Shown: positions 27,838 to 43,190, counted from the first letter of the stretch. The stretch is 64,000 nucleotides of DNA from Octopus vulgaris (GCA_951406725.2 OX597832.1:15004001-15068000); one strand, 5' to 3'. Program-made: numbers and translations. The notes: generated from the sequence alone by a model not told the origin.

Positions 27838-27980
27838 ACCAATCCATTCTTGTTGCTTCTATTCTCGTTTATAATCACCCCACACTACTGTACTGGTTAA
27901 CACCATATAGTTTTCTGGTGCATCTAAGTTAAGTACCATATTCAAGTGAATTCATTAGAATTGACTTCAATCTTAATTGC

Positions 27981-28031
<51 letters not shown>

Positions 28032-28221
28032 GTGTGTAAAATGTGGAAGGATCTGCCTCATAGTTGCAGGGCTAAAAAGACGTGTTAATAGAGTGCATAT
28101 GGTGAAACCATTTTTTCCCTGCCAGTCACCACAATGGTCTAGTGTGGCAACAATCAGGAACCATATCAGTAAGTCTTCTTCGAAAAGGTTTTTCTCGTGT
28201 AACGAGGATAGAGCTGTGATT

Positions 28222-28327
28222 TATAGAGGTAGATACAGAGATAGATATAGAGGTAGATATAGAGATAGACGCAGATATAGATATAGATACAGAGAAGATA
28301 AAGGTAGATAGTAATAGATAGAGAGAT

Positions 28328-28360
<33 letters not shown>

Positions 28361-28425
28361 GACAGATAGAGAGATGGTGGGATATGTAGATAGATAGACA
28401 GAGATGGATAGATAGTTAGAGAGTT
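28222..28425. repeat. (GATA)n-like microsatellite
   Basis: Direct reading. Confidence 0.9.
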
Positions 28426-28530
28426 TGTGAATTAGATATGCAAGAGATTCTATCTTAACGCGATTTATATTCTAAGTGCTTACAATAATTAATTGCTTAA
28501 ATATCATTTATATTCCTATATCTATAATAT

Positions 28531-28598
<68 letters not shown>

Positions 28599-28606
28599 AC
28601 ACCTAC

Positions 28607-28669
<63 letters not shown>

Positions 28670-30172
28670 AACTATTTTAAAGCAATGTGTATGACAATCC
28701 GCTGTCCATCTTATTTAGGAATTATATAAGTCAACTGCCAATAAGAGGGAAAAAAACGAAAGTAAACATTTGAGTTATTTCTATAATTATTTACTAATAT
28801 TAAGTGCGTTTTCATTGACATTACAATATACAAATTTTATAAAGAATATCATATAAATACAGTGCATTCTCAAATCTTCTGATTCTATGTATATGTAAAT
28901 AGTAACGTCTATTATGTGTAGTAGAATGCCGAGAGTGTTAGTAACATTTTTCATAAAAGAAAACTATTTTTATTAGTACACCAAAAAGCAAAAACACTTA
29001 TCTATAATCCTTATGAAAGACGTATATAAACCAATTCTTTAAACACTGCAGTTCTGGTAATATATATTGTGAAGAATACCACGTTAATACTAAAGGCTAC
29101 TAATAATTGATTAGGCTTCTTTCAATATTTAACAATGCAATATCTGTGTATATCAGCTAACCATAAATAAATGAGACGCTTTAAATTGAACGGCTACCAT
29201 CTAAAATTTACATAGTATTTTATACACAAACACGCACACATACAAACACGCGCATACAAGCATGTGTGTCTGTGCGTGTACGTGTATGTTTGTTTTGTGT
29301 GTTGTCAGTGTGTATGTGTGTTTATACCTATACATAGAGCTACGTATGTTGCAAAGATGATTTTAGAAACTCCAGTTTGGCAATTATATCACCGAGAAGA
29401 AAATATACTGAAAATAAAGTTTCATTTAATATTATATAACGTTAAACAACGATGCATAACTTGATTGCTTTTTCATAAACGCACGCACGCTACCAACACA
29501 AAAGTTATAATTTCAAAATTTAGTCGATATTCGATAATTGAAATAATTAAACCTGTCTCCTAACGCACTGGTAGCCGTTGCGTGTGCTATGAAGCAAATA
29601 TTAGCTAATGTCACCTTCGATTTTACGTCATTCTATTGAACCTAATACTCGGTTATAAGCTATTTTTAATCGTTGGATGAACTAGCACAATAGAGAACAA
29701 AATGTTATGATCAGACACACATCAAAAGCCTAAAGGAAGATCTTGAAATCACGACCGGCGTACAGCAATACAATATCTCAGACTTTCACCCATTTTGTTT
29801 TAAAAGATTATGCCACATAACGATTAAACGTTATTTGTGTGGTCTCTATGAAAAGTTCAGGAAACTTAACGTTCTATGTACTTATTTTAAGAAGTTTATA
29901 TCAGTTATTTTGGGAAATGTATCATTATTATATATCAATCACTGTCCTTTTAAGCGTTTTATCTTGGAAATGCAGCTTAGACTCATTTATTCTCGCACAT
30001 ATATTATCTATTTTTATATCAAGTACTCGCCATTTATCTTCTCTACGAAATTTACATACTGGTTATTTTGTGAATAAGCGAAATGTATATGTCGTGTCTC
30101 TCTCAGCACGATTATATATATATAATCACACACACACACACACAAACATATACATATATATATATACATATT

Positions 30173-30234
<62 letters not shown>

Positions 30235-31118
30235 TGTGTGTGTGTGAATATATGTATGCATTAACGTAAGCCTCTGTGTGTCTGTGTGTGTGTGCGTGTG
30301 TAGAAGTGTGTACATACGGGGAAGATGAAATAGATATTGATTTATAATTATCACGCCGCGTACTATATATCTTCAAGCAAGATAACCTGTAAATGACCAC
30401 TCTTCGTACTAGAAATAGCAGTTATTTTCCTCAAATAATACATTGAAAATGATACAACCTCTAATAATTTCAGGAAGACGAAAATGTAAATAATTGTTAA
30501 TTGCATACATAACATGATTTGAATTGTTCTGTAACTGAAAGCCACTGGATTATCGCGTGGTTTATATCAATGTTGTACAATGTTTAATTCGGGTTTTTCT
30601 GATGAAATTAACCTACTAGATTAATACTCATATCTTTTAATTTCCTTGCAATTCATATACTGATTTCAAACATATGAATTCATTCGTACAATTTTTGGAA
30701 TATTAATGGAACAATATAATAATCATCACCATTTTCAGATGCTCAACATATAATCTTTATATGTAGAAAAAAAATTGTAAGTATTTTTAATAGTTAAAAC
30801 TTGTTTGGACTGCGATTCATTAAATATGGCATAAATAAAGTAAAATATACATGTTAATTAACGAATACATCAATATTTGTTTTACATCTAGGGTGGTTCA
30901 AGTATATTAACAAAAATCTGGTAAATAGGAAATATTGGTTTCGGATCTCACTATACACAGTGCAGGAAACGATTTTATATACTGGTTTTTCTTCCTTCCT
31001 ACAGAGTTGAGATTTTCGCATTCATTTGGGATTATATAAATATATGTACATATACATATACATGCATACATACATACATACATACATACATACGTAAATA
31101 CATACATACATACATACA

Positions 31119-31154
<36 letters not shown>

Positions 31155-32104
31155 TCTCACATTTCAAATCTCAACTTTTTCTATAAAAAAAAATATTGTA
31201 TCTCAAAATGTAGCTTAGTAGGTAAACAATCTAAAAATGTATAAACACTATGGAATTTTGTAAATAACTGAGTTAGTGACAAAGCCTAGAATTTGTCGCG
31301 ATTGGATTTTAAGAATATTATGCACACACTACCGTTTCTGAAAGATATTTTTTAGAGTATATATCTATTACAATATAGAGTATTCTATGATATTGAGATA
31401 GTTCTTTGTAACTTACCTAAATAATAAACTGAATCAAGCATTTGGGAATATTGGTTTCCAATTTTGGAATGTTAACAATTCTGCAAGCTCTTCGTCTTAC
31501 TAGTGTAATAAGTAACAATATTACTTATTAATTACATTTGGCATATTTATCTTATAAAACACCTTTTCAATTTTGAATATTTTCATCAGTTCTATCATAT
31601 GAGCTAATAAAAAAAAAGGAAAATTAAAAACATATGATTAAGTTCTGAATTTGCCTTTTCGGCATATTTGGCTCTTCAGCATATTTTACTAAAATTTTGA
31701 AATAAATAATTAGCATGATAGGATTCCTGTAAACGAGATCAAAATAGTTAAATATAAATATAGTTTTCTTTTGAAAGGAGATTTATATTTGGATTCAAAA
31801 TCAATTTCAGGCGTGAATCTCCTTGTTTTCGTCGATTTTTAACTCAATGTTTTTTCTACTTCATATTGTTGCATATAACCTATATGGATTGATTTCTGTC
31901 ATCGAGAACTATCATAAAACGCAATACAGCTCATCATGTGACCAATTTATAAATGTAAATATCATCATATTTGGTTAAGAATTGAGTTAGAGAAAAAGCC
32001 TAAAAGTGGTTGCGAAATGTTGTCCTTCAGAATATCATTCACATACTACCATGTGCGAATGATATGTGTACATGTATATATCTAAATATATACATATGTA
32101 TATT

Positions 32105-34439
32105 TTTCGGTATGACGGAGATAATCAAAATTGTTGGGAATGACTAGTTTTTATTAATTTAACATGATTTGGTTTAGAAAGAATAGAGTGTTACAAGGGG
32201 TTAAGCTTTGCGTTATATTTTTCAATGGGGTAAGTTTCTTTATTTTAAAATGTTAGAAATCGTTAGGTTTTGGCTTATATTTTCCAATGAAGTTGGTTTC
32301 CTTATTTAATCTAACTTGTGTCGGTGTTCCAATGGCACATTGATAGAATAGAAAGATTACAAATTGTATTAGCCTTTTCTTTGCGCATTCTCAATAATTT
32401 CACTAAAGTGTATCATTCCGTAACTTAGGAATGCAATCTGATGTCGGGGCAGAGTACATCTGCGTCTGAGTGATAACCCCGTGGATACCATTTAGTTTTG
32501 GTGGGACTCGAGCATCTTATAACATTAATCAGGTTTTCTGAAGCAGAAGTAAAGTCAGATTTGATTTTGAATTGTCCCTATTTGAAAATCTATTCTGATC
32601 CATCAAGAAGATTAGCGCTATCTAGAAGGTTGTTTCCCTTTTCCGTCCGTTATTTAAGAAAATAATTGTGCCCTTGTGATTGTCATTTTTAGTGATTTCG
32701 TTTGTTTGTGGATTTTAATGATTTCATGTGTGAGAACAGTTTCCCTTAAACTGGGGTCCTTATGTAGCATTGGTAAATTTCGGTTTATGATGATAAATGC
32801 TTCTTTGTTTATTGGGTTGTATGTGGATATGTAAGTCAATATTTTCGGGGAAGGTGTGTTTTCTAAAGTTTTCTATGTCGATTTGCATTGCAAGTCTGAT
32901 TCCATCTTCTATGAGTTGAACTGTGAATCATTGCAGTCTAAAGTCTCTGGTATTTTTCTGACACTATTTTGAATATACTTCCTGCAAGGTTGAAGGGGAT
33001 GTGTATTTTGGTGTGTTTTGGGTGGCATGAATTAAATTGTAGATAATGTTTGGCGTCTGTAGATTTATAAGATATGTCCGTTTCGAATTTTAGGTTTTTT
33101 TAATTAGTATATCTAAGAATGGGCGCTCCTTTTGGTTGCACTCCATTGAGAACTGTATGTTTGGGTTGACGCTGTTCAATAGCCTTTTTAATTTCAAACG
33201 ATTGCCTGTTTTGTCTTTTGAGAAGATGTTTACTTTTGTGATTGGAAGAGGTTTAGTTGAGAGGTTAATTAACTTCGGTTTAACCTGATCACCAGGTTCC
33301 AACCTGTATTCTGGTGTCTCTGATCTGGAGCTAAAAATGTGGGTTGCAGGTTCGTTTGCATGAGATGTCTGTGAGGTTGTATGGGATTGGTTCGGGGGAA
33401 TGGTGTTCTTGCTTCAGGTTATGTGTGTGCCGGTACCTATGGTAGTTTTGGTTAGTGATGTGTGTAACATTTCTGTGTGAGGTATACTTTTATTTGGAAT
33501 TATTTGTATGCGGGGTGTTTCTTGATCAAGTGTTATTTTGTGCTGTTCTTGTGTTCGGTGGAGACCGGAAATTTTGGGTCATGGGGTAGTAGCGCCAGGT
33601 ATGTGGTGTGCTTGCTTTCCTAGTGTTGTTTTGCATTGCCATGAGATGGTTATGCCTGATATTGGGATGATGTTGGTGTATAGGTGTTCTTTAGATTTGA
33701 TGTAATCTACTTCATAAATGAGTTGGCTGTCAGCTTGTTTATTTTGGGTGATTCACAAATGGAGGTAGTAGGTGATTTCTGTTTATGGTGTATGACAGAT
33801 AATGAGGAGTGTTGTGGTTGAAAAGTGGTTAAAATTGGGGGAGATTTGTGCGTTGTTCAATTTCTGTTTGTTGTTTATAATTTATCATTTTCTGTAGAAT
33901 AGAATTATCTTCACTGATTCATATCTTTTGAAGAAACCATTGATTATTTCCTAGCGTAGGAGAGAATTTCATAATTCGTTTTCGCAGAGTTTTTTCCAAA
34001 GATTTATGGTGTTTTCGAAGAGTTGTGCCTCGGTTTGTTTACTTCTGTCCCTGTGAATCTCCTCGTCGATGTCTTTATATTTTTCCTCATTAGTGGAGGC
34101 TCTAAAGTTTGGTAGTTCGATCTCTGATTTTAGATGGAATTGTGCTAACCTTTCCCTAATAGTGCTCCGTCTGTTGGGTTCATTAGATATTGTTTTGATT
34201 TGGAATTTCCGTGGGAGAATAATTGTTGTTGAGATCATTCATCCCTCGTAGATATCTGCTTTCTTGGAATATTTTATCATATTCAACAAAGCGAGTTTTC
34301 TATTATGGAGGTTTGTGTTCCAATTGTACCGTAGTTTTCTTTTGTTAGATTGACTTGTGTAAGTATGAGGTCCTGGTGTCTTTTATTTGGTGTGCATTGG
34401 TTGTTGTTCGGTTTGTATGTAAATACCGACTTTCGTGTG

Positions 34440-34444
<5 letters not shown>
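32105..34444 (-). mobile_element. Decayed Penelope-like retroelement (RT C-terminus plus GIY-YIG remnants)
   Basis: Minus-strand LLNSVNPNIQFSMECNQKERPFLDILIKK, TDISYKSTDAKHYLQFNSCHPKHTKIHIPFNLA, TYISTYNP, FTSASENLINVIRC and LRRRCTL..HQI are typical PLE RT/linker/GIY-YIG motifs. Confidence 0.85.
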
Positions 34445-34476
<32 letters not shown>

Positions 34477-34598
34477 TGTGTGTGTGTATACATACATATA
34501 TATGCATATATGCATGTATATACATATATACACACATACATATATATATGCATATATACGTATATATATATAGGCATGTATATATACATATACATGTG

Positions 34599-34633
<35 letters not shown>

Positions 34634-34986
34634 GTATATAAATATGTGTGTGTGTATATATATATGTCTGTCAGTGTGCGTGTGTGTTATATGTTATATG
34701 TTGATAGGTATGCACTGGAGAAAGAAAAAGAAACAAAAGAGGAAGCGTGCTTCGTAGTGAAATTTCAGTGAACTGATCATACCAAAGGGAGAATAAATCC
34801 CCCCTCTCTCTATATCTATCTATCCTCTCCCTGTATTATTATTTTTCTCTCTCGTCTTTCTTAATTGTCTTGAAATTCCTATCCATATCCACCCACCCTC
34901 GCATTGATTTTCTTTCTCTCTCTCACTCCAGTTACCTATAAAAAGAAAAACAATGTTAACGTGATACGTATCTCTATAAATGATCA

Positions 34987-35034
<48 letters not shown>

Positions 35035-35883
35035 AAGGGGATTTTGACAATTGCTGTTCGTATAGAACACACATATAACTGCGAAAGAATTCTGCAAGCA
35101 TTTTACAACTCGTTAGGAAAAACATCTAATGTAGATACTTTGCAAAGGAATTCGTGATTCTGACTTTATTATCCTAATTTATAAATATTATACTAATATT
35201 TTATGTTTGTTCATGCAAAACATATAATTATACACAATATGGGACTTAGCTCTACAGTGTACAAGAATAGAAATTTTCATAGGAATTTGAACTTTAAACT
35301 CTTTTTTATTTGTCAGTGATGAACGCATCACCCACCACTTTTCTTATTTGTTCCATCCTACTTCCTAAAATTGACACCTTTGAAAGGCCACCAGCACTTG
35401 TGACAAAATTTGTTTATTTGCAAACATATTGATAAGTATGCAATGGAAAATAGATAATGATAGAAAGATGAAAGAAAATTAAAAAAAATTGTAATGAAAT
35501 TTCACTGAATTGACAATACCAAGAAGAAAAGAAACATCTCTCTCTCTCTCTATCTCTCTATTTGCCTATCCTTTCTCCATAATTTATTATTTTTGTCCTC
35601 TTTTTTATAGCCCTGAAAGCTTTCTCTCGACTTATTTTCCCCCGCTTTGCTTTTCTCTCCCTCTCGCTCTCTCTCTCACTGCCCCTTTCTAAAGAAAACA
35701 AAAAAAAAATCAGCTGATTCATATAAATGGTCAACGAAACGTTCTACTTTTACCATTTCGATTTTGAATTTATCTTGACGCGTTCGAAAACGAATGAAAG
35801 CGTTAAGAAACCTTTATCCAAAATCCTGATTGCATCATTTTTCTCAATATAGAATATCTCTCAACTGTTTCAGATAGGTGTGA

Positions 35884-35922
<39 letters not shown>

Positions 35923-35935
35923 AGTATACATACCA

Positions 35936-36362
35936 GCGCAGTCGTTGTTGATCGGATAAGTTGCTTGCTTCCCAACAATATTGTTGCGGGTTCAGTCTCA
36001 CAGTGTGGAAACTTCTTTAGTGTCATCTACTATATTTTCGGGTAACAAAATAATTTGTAGACCGAATGAAGCACGTATACGTTTGTGTGTGTGTGAGATT
36101 TTTTTATTTGTTTGTGTGCGTTTTGTCATTGTGTGCATGTGAGTCCTTCTCTCTGTGTTTCTCTTCGACCTTTACTCGGCAATTGCCGAAGGTGTGTTGA
36201 CGTCCCCGTAACTTGGTGCTTCTTCAAAAAGGACCGACTTATTTAGTTATAAGTCTTGAAAAGAAAATAAGTTCTGTCGTTGATTTATTCGACTAAAATA
36301 TTTCTCCCAAAGTGATCGTGCAGCATGGCCGTAGTTTAACGGCTGATAGAAATAAAGGATAA
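35936..36362 (+). mobile_element. SINE family A (old, degenerate)
   Basis: Colinear similarity to 1097-1525 (GACGTCCCCGTAACTT, CAGCATGGCCG). Confidence 0.7.
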
Positions 36363-37569
36363 AACGCATATGTATGTATGCCTACAAGCAAGAGCATCGC
36401 TAGATTTTGTCGTGAGAGGTAGCTGAAAATATTTACCACATTTTTAGAAAGGAAGGAATTAAATTATTTCTATTTCACATGTAGGTATTCTTTTATAGCT
36501 GCTTTTATGTGGTAATATGAATGCATCTGATTTTATAGGCAAGCGTGGGAGATTCTAACGAACGTAATTGCGCTTTGGATTTAGGTTTTACACATTATAA
36601 ATGCATTTGTGTTTCAATAAGCGCTTCTAGCTTTGTTTGTGTTTTGAATCAAAACATCTTTGTACGTTGAATTTAATTTCGCTACTTGTGTCATTCAATC
36701 ATTGGAGACTGTGTAGAAGTTTATTGGAAAATATGACTGTAGGAGATTAAATAAAAACAAAAGTAGTATGTGCTCAAAAGAATTAGTATCAAAGAGAGAA
36801 ATAACCCTATGTATTGTTGAATTACTTCTAAATTTGCTTACTTTCAGAATTTATTTTCCGAAAAGCAGACTAAGTTTGTTAGGTGTAGCAGACAGGTAGG
36901 TAGAACAACTGTTGTATAATATCGCATTGCTAAATATTTCTATAAACATATACGTCTGTTTGTATATGTAAATGCATTTGAATACACAGACACAAATACA
37001 CACACACACACACACACACAAATACACACACACACACACATACTCACACATATGTGCATTCAAATTCATAGAATAAACGACAGCGGGAATTATTTCCAAT
37101 TTTCGACGGAACGACATACAAATTGCTTTCAACAATAACTAATATGACTGCCAAGTTGGACACAATTGCCGACAAAGAAATACGTGAGGCTATTTAGGTG
37201 AAGTTTCTGCGGATTAATAGTCGCTGAATCGACTATTCCTATAAATGGACAATAAAAGTGGACATCTCAACGAGCAATCAGCTCCAATATATTAGTGCTT
37301 TATTAGATGTTTTATTAGATTTGATGCAATATATTAAGTAAGTCTCCACTTTGAAGTTTTCTGGAAATTTATTTAAGTCTGCAAACAAAATGCACTCATA
37401 AGTCTTTATTGATCATAGTAATTTTGGCACCGTCGGTATGCCAAGGAAATTCATGCGCTCCAAAACGCTAGATGAATGATATGTGTCATATCTTAGAATA
37501 CTTACGATGCATACGCACGTGTATATACCCACACCCATGTACACACACAGGCACACAAACACACACATG

Positions 37570-37621
<52 letters not shown>

Positions 37622-37684
37622 ATGTGAATATATATTCTCAAAGAAGTAAAAGAATGCATGTTTATCTATGTCTCTCTCTCTCTC

Positions 37685-37741
<57 letters not shown>

Positions 37742-37847
37742 CTTATACATACACGCAGGCCTACGCTCTGTCCTTGCATGGACATATATGCTTATGTGCT
37801 TGTACTAATTTGGACAGGCAGAAATGTTTTCATATCAAGTTCATGAC

Positions 37848-38437
37848 ATGTTCACTCCCAACGCATTTGTCCCCTAAACAACCACGGCCAATTATCCCTA
37901 TCTCATATCATTGCTTTCTTTCTTCGAAAATTGTTCTTACACAGCAGTAACAGAATGATATTTTATTCATTACTATCTCCGCTTATCTCTGTCACTGATT
38001 TTCTAATAAACATTACTAATAAACATTATTTATGAAGAATTTTATACCTGCACTTGAAAACGCGTTGTCGTAGAATATAGCTAATATGTAATCCATTACT
38101 TGCCCCACTTCCTCTATCTTCGGGTTGCTAATTAGTACCATGCTTAAAAAATAAGTATCGTTCGTCAAAACTACCTTAGGCGGTGTCTAAGGCGGTGACT
38201 TAACGAAAAGCTATAGAGTCAACAGACGTGTATCCTAGAAAAAAAATGTATATACGAAGTGTAATGTCTGAAGGAGGTGACAGTGTACGAAGACAGAGAT
38301 ATTCGGAGATAGTAGTGAATAAAATATCATTGTGTTACTTTTATGTAAGGGCAATTTGCGGAGAATGAAATCAATGATGTGAGATAGGGATAATTGGTCG
38401 TGATTGTTTAGGAGACAAAGGAGGTGGGTGTGAACAT
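37848..38437. mobile_element. MITE-like element with ~145 bp degenerate TIRs
   Basis: CCAATTATCCCTATCTCA / TGAGATAGGGATAATTGG and AATGATATTTTATTCA / TGAATAAAATATCATT pair as inverted arms. Confidence 0.75.
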
Positions 38438-38691
38438 CATGTTAATGACTGTTAGTGATTCAATTAGTATGGGGTTATATCAATTGAAACGATTTGAGAT
38501 TAAAATCATGTGTTGTATTTGAACTTAGTGTTTTGTCAGTCTAGCAGACATCCTATTTTGTGTTGTTTAATCAAAGTCGGTGTCCAGCCTCATGTTTCCA
38601 GGCAACCAAATCAACATCCGCACACACACACACACACTCGCGTTCAAACACATATACATTGCCATATTTGCAAAAACACAGAAAATTACAC

Positions 38692-38722
<31 letters not shown>

Positions 38723-38729
38723 TAAATAC

Positions 38730-38802
<73 letters not shown>

Positions 38803-39414
38803 CATATTTATATATTTACATACATATATACGAACATATACATATATATGCATATAAATATAATTATATATGTATGTGTGTGTGTGTGTGTGTGTGTACG
38901 TATTTACATTCATACATACGTGTGTACGCACACACACACGCACGTATATATTTAGCAACATGATTTAGTATATGCTTAAATGGTGGACACACTCTTACAC
39001 GCAGTATCACTTATTTTTGCTTGTGTGTATGTGCGTCAGTGTCAGGGTGGGTGAGAGATCATTCTATGTAGATTGTGTACTTAGCCCTTGGCACCGATTG
39101 AATATTTCTTCATTGAATTATTCACAATAATTTCAGTAAGAAAATAATTTGCTTTTTTTTAACTAACATTTTTTTTTCTTGTTTAGTGTTTCATATTTAC
39201 TTTCAGATATTTTCCATTTATATTAAAAAGTTCGGATATATACACACACAGCTATAAACAAACACATCTACGATACACATTTTTATGCAAAATCTTTAAC
39301 ATTGGAATATTCATAGTCACAAACACACGCAAATGACTTAAATGCTTATCGTACGCTTTATATAGATGTGTCTATATAAATGCGTGGCTTCGTGATATAT
39401 ACATACATACATAC

Positions 39415-39523
<109 letters not shown>

Positions 39524-39630
39524 GTTTGTATGTATACATATTCACGTGTGTATGCTCGTGTCTGCCCAGAGATTTGCATGTGCCCGAGTTACACTTTTCT
39601 ATCCACAAATCATTTTTTTATGTATGTATG

Positions 39631-39696
<66 letters not shown>

Positions 39697-40179
39697 ACGT
39701 CTAGTCAGGCCAAGTTTACTTTATGTTTTGTTTATTTTGCTTTTTTCCACGTCATCTTTCAAATAATTCTTATATATTCTTCTCATTTATTTTTCAAATT
39801 TTCGCTTCTATTTTTTTATGTTTCCATACACTGTACTCTATTTTTTCATTTCTTCGTTGTATGTTGTTGTTTTTTTCTTGGTTTTCGTATTGTCTTTTAT
39901 TGGTTTTGTTTTATACCTTTTAACAATAATGTCTAATGCAACAGTACTATGCGGATAATTTTCAAGCATTGAAAGTCATTTGAAAATAAATAATCTAGAG
40001 TCTCATCTCATTTTGGCTTCCTGTTGTGTATGCACCTCCGTCATCACGCCAATCTTTTTGTCTTAAGTTCATTTTAAATTTTGGATATCTTTCTTTTTTT
40101 ATTTACTTTTCTAACATATCATGTTTCACTTAACATCTGCTACATCACAACCTTCTCCAGGACACTACGTCTATCGCTC

Positions 40180-40185
40180 CAGTTG

Positions 40186-40216
<31 letters not shown>

Positions 40217-40221
40217 TACTG

Positions 40222-40309
<88 letters not shown>

Positions 40310-40685
40310 AATAGCTGCCGCTGTTGTTGTTGTTACTACTGTTCTCTCGACGTCGCCACTACAACCACATTGCAAAATTCTCGAGGTTACCATGTCTATT
40401 GTTCCTGTTACTGTTGATACTACGACTACCACCACCACCACCACCACCACTACTACTACTACTAATAATAATAATATTACTACTACTACCACCACCATCA
40501 CAACCACAACCACTAACACCAACACCAACCTCATCATCAACATCTCCGCCACCACCACCACCATCACCACTATCACTACTACCACACCACTACTACTAAT
40601 ACTACCACCACTACCACTGCCAACAGCAACACCACATCCACCACCACCATCACCACCACCAATACAACAACTACTACTGCTACTA
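40180..40685. repeat. Compound (TGC)/(TAC)/(CAC)n microsatellite
   Basis: Direct reading. Confidence 0.9.
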
Positions 40686-41689
40686 AATTATGCACTACTA
40701 AATTCTGAAAAGTTACTTTTTCGTAACAATTGTCTTTTTATGCTGATGTAATATTTTCAAATTTCGGTTTTCAATTTCGCAGTATCTTCGTAGAATTTAC
40801 CTTCACACATGTTTTTCATCATTAATATTTCACTTGTCTTTGCACTTGCGTTAATCATCGATATTAATGCATCAATTTGCTTTTTTTATACTACTGATAT
40901 TATTCTTCATTTCATATGTTAATTACGATGATTTTATCACGTCGTCTCTTTATTTCACTGAATTTCTGTAAGAATCTTCAATAACCACCATTTTGAACAA
41001 CTCAGTCAATGTACCAAATTTGATAAACGATTGGATTTCATCATAAATTTTCTATTAACAAAAAAAATTATTTTCGACTAAAACGAATGATCTTATTTAT
41101 ATTATAGCCTAATTTTTACATTTTTTTAGTAATATTCAAATGATAACCCGCCCACCAAAATTACTAAATTCTTTCAATTTATTCTTATAACCTAACTCCG
41201 TATCAATGTTAGAGAATAACTGTTAGAATAAATAATTGACTATTTCATTGCCAGTTACTTTTCCCTTACTCTCATTTAATTATGTCTTATTTCTCACGTC
41301 ATATTTTGTAAATCGGATTTATGGCAGCTTTCTCATTTTAAACTATTATTTTTGAAATGTATATCTTCGTTGAAGATGAAATATTTTAAGTTGACTGCTA
41401 ATTTTGTTTTCGTACTTTTTCGTACATTTTGAGAAAACTCGATTTAAGTCAGCTTTTGTTATGAAAATTATTATCGCCATCCATGAGGACGCGACACAGT
41501 GAAGCTTTTCATGAGAGAGAGAGAGGGAGAAAGAGAGAAAGGGAAAGAGAAAGAAACAGAGACACAGAAGAACAAAGAGAGAGAGAGAATAGAAAGTGCA
41601 AGAGAAAGAAGGATAGAAAGAGAGAAATAAAGGTCGAAGAGATTGAAGTGCATACCAGATCGCTTTGAAAGAAAGTGTGAACAGGACAG

Positions 41690-43071
41690 GTTATGTCACC
41701 GCTTTGAAAACGAACGACATCGTAAATTTCTGTTGGAACTAATTTAAAGATAAACAGGAAATGGAAAATTTAACAAAGAGCTTCTTGAAGCCTCTACAAA
41801 TAACGACAGCAAAGACAGCAACAACAACACATTTCTAGAAGAAATGCAAATGAAGATTTTTTTTACAAAGAAAGCAGCGAAAGCACCAACAACAGCAACA
41901 AAGGAGAGTCAACACAGAGCAACAAATATCAAAACAAACAAAAACCGAAAAGAATTTTATCAAAAGAATCAATGAAGCGATGATCAGCACTACCATCAAG
42001 ACAACCACTAACACTACTAACACCGCGACAATTATCAACTCCAGCACTGCCACTACCACTGCCAGTACCACCAGCAACAAATATATCGGTTAAATTAACA
42101 AATAAACAAATAAAATATTTCGCTAAAATTCCCCAACGAAATGTGAGGGGATAGAGTCACGACTGAGATATTTCAGAAAATGCCTCGTGAAACTTAATTT
42201 CCTTATGTCACCCTCTCGTGAAACAGCGGATATCACACACTAAAAGCGAAAAATAAAATGTAATTTCTAGATGTGTTACCAAAACTGTTAACTTGAATAT
42301 CCGGCACTAGCGGAGACGGATGTATTTCTGAAATATGTCTGTAAAGAGATAGGGGTTATTTGGAACTCTTGTAGCAATATTTCATAGCAAAGTGAATTTG
42401 AAAACTTGTGTTGATACATGTGCTCCCCAGAAGAAATTATTTCAATTTAATTATATCTGTAGTGACGTGAAAATATGTTGATATACACGCCATGATTTCG
42501 ATCCGGAACGAAATGTTGTCGACAGTCAGGGTGAAAGTGGCAATGTTACTGACACCAAATAACTTCCACAAAATCCCTAACAAATTTACATGCAGGACAA
42601 GGAGCTCATATGAGTGGTGGTAGAGTGCGGAAAATCAAAGTACCTGTGGTTGTACTACCCTGCACAATAGTTTCTGCAATAAACCAATATTGCAGACAAC
42701 ACCACAGCCACACCTACACCTACAGTATATGGAAAAGTTGTTGACGCTACAACAAAATCAAGACAACAGGAAAGATATGTTCCCAAGAAAAAGCAAACAA
42801 CTCCCCGCTTTCCAAACCAATAACAACGCCTCAGGCAACGTAAGTTTCGACCAGACTCCACTGCCTCCCACAGATTCTATGAAAAATAAGTTGAAGAAAG
42901 CAGAAAGGCCTAAATATTGCACATGGCTCTCCAACTAGAAAAGCGAAAGACAAAGGGGATTATAGATCCCTACTCAAAGAAAACCAGAAAAACACACAAA
43001 ATCATAACTATAGTCTATTTTAGAAACATTCCCACAAGTCCATCGACAACAGCAGAAAAAAACATCATAAA

Positions 43072-43118
<47 letters not shown>

Positions 43119-43132
43119 ACAGCATCAACAGC

Positions 43133-43190
<58 letters not shown>

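Larger units (their letters stand above)
27206..27984. mobile_element. Long palindromic element (305-bp arms 27206-27510 / 27564-27868, 53-nt spacer, 116-nt unique tail) in (TA)n
   Basis: The arms are reverse complements with about 6 mismatches by eye; (TA)n tracts on both sides; no ORF. Confidence 0.95.
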
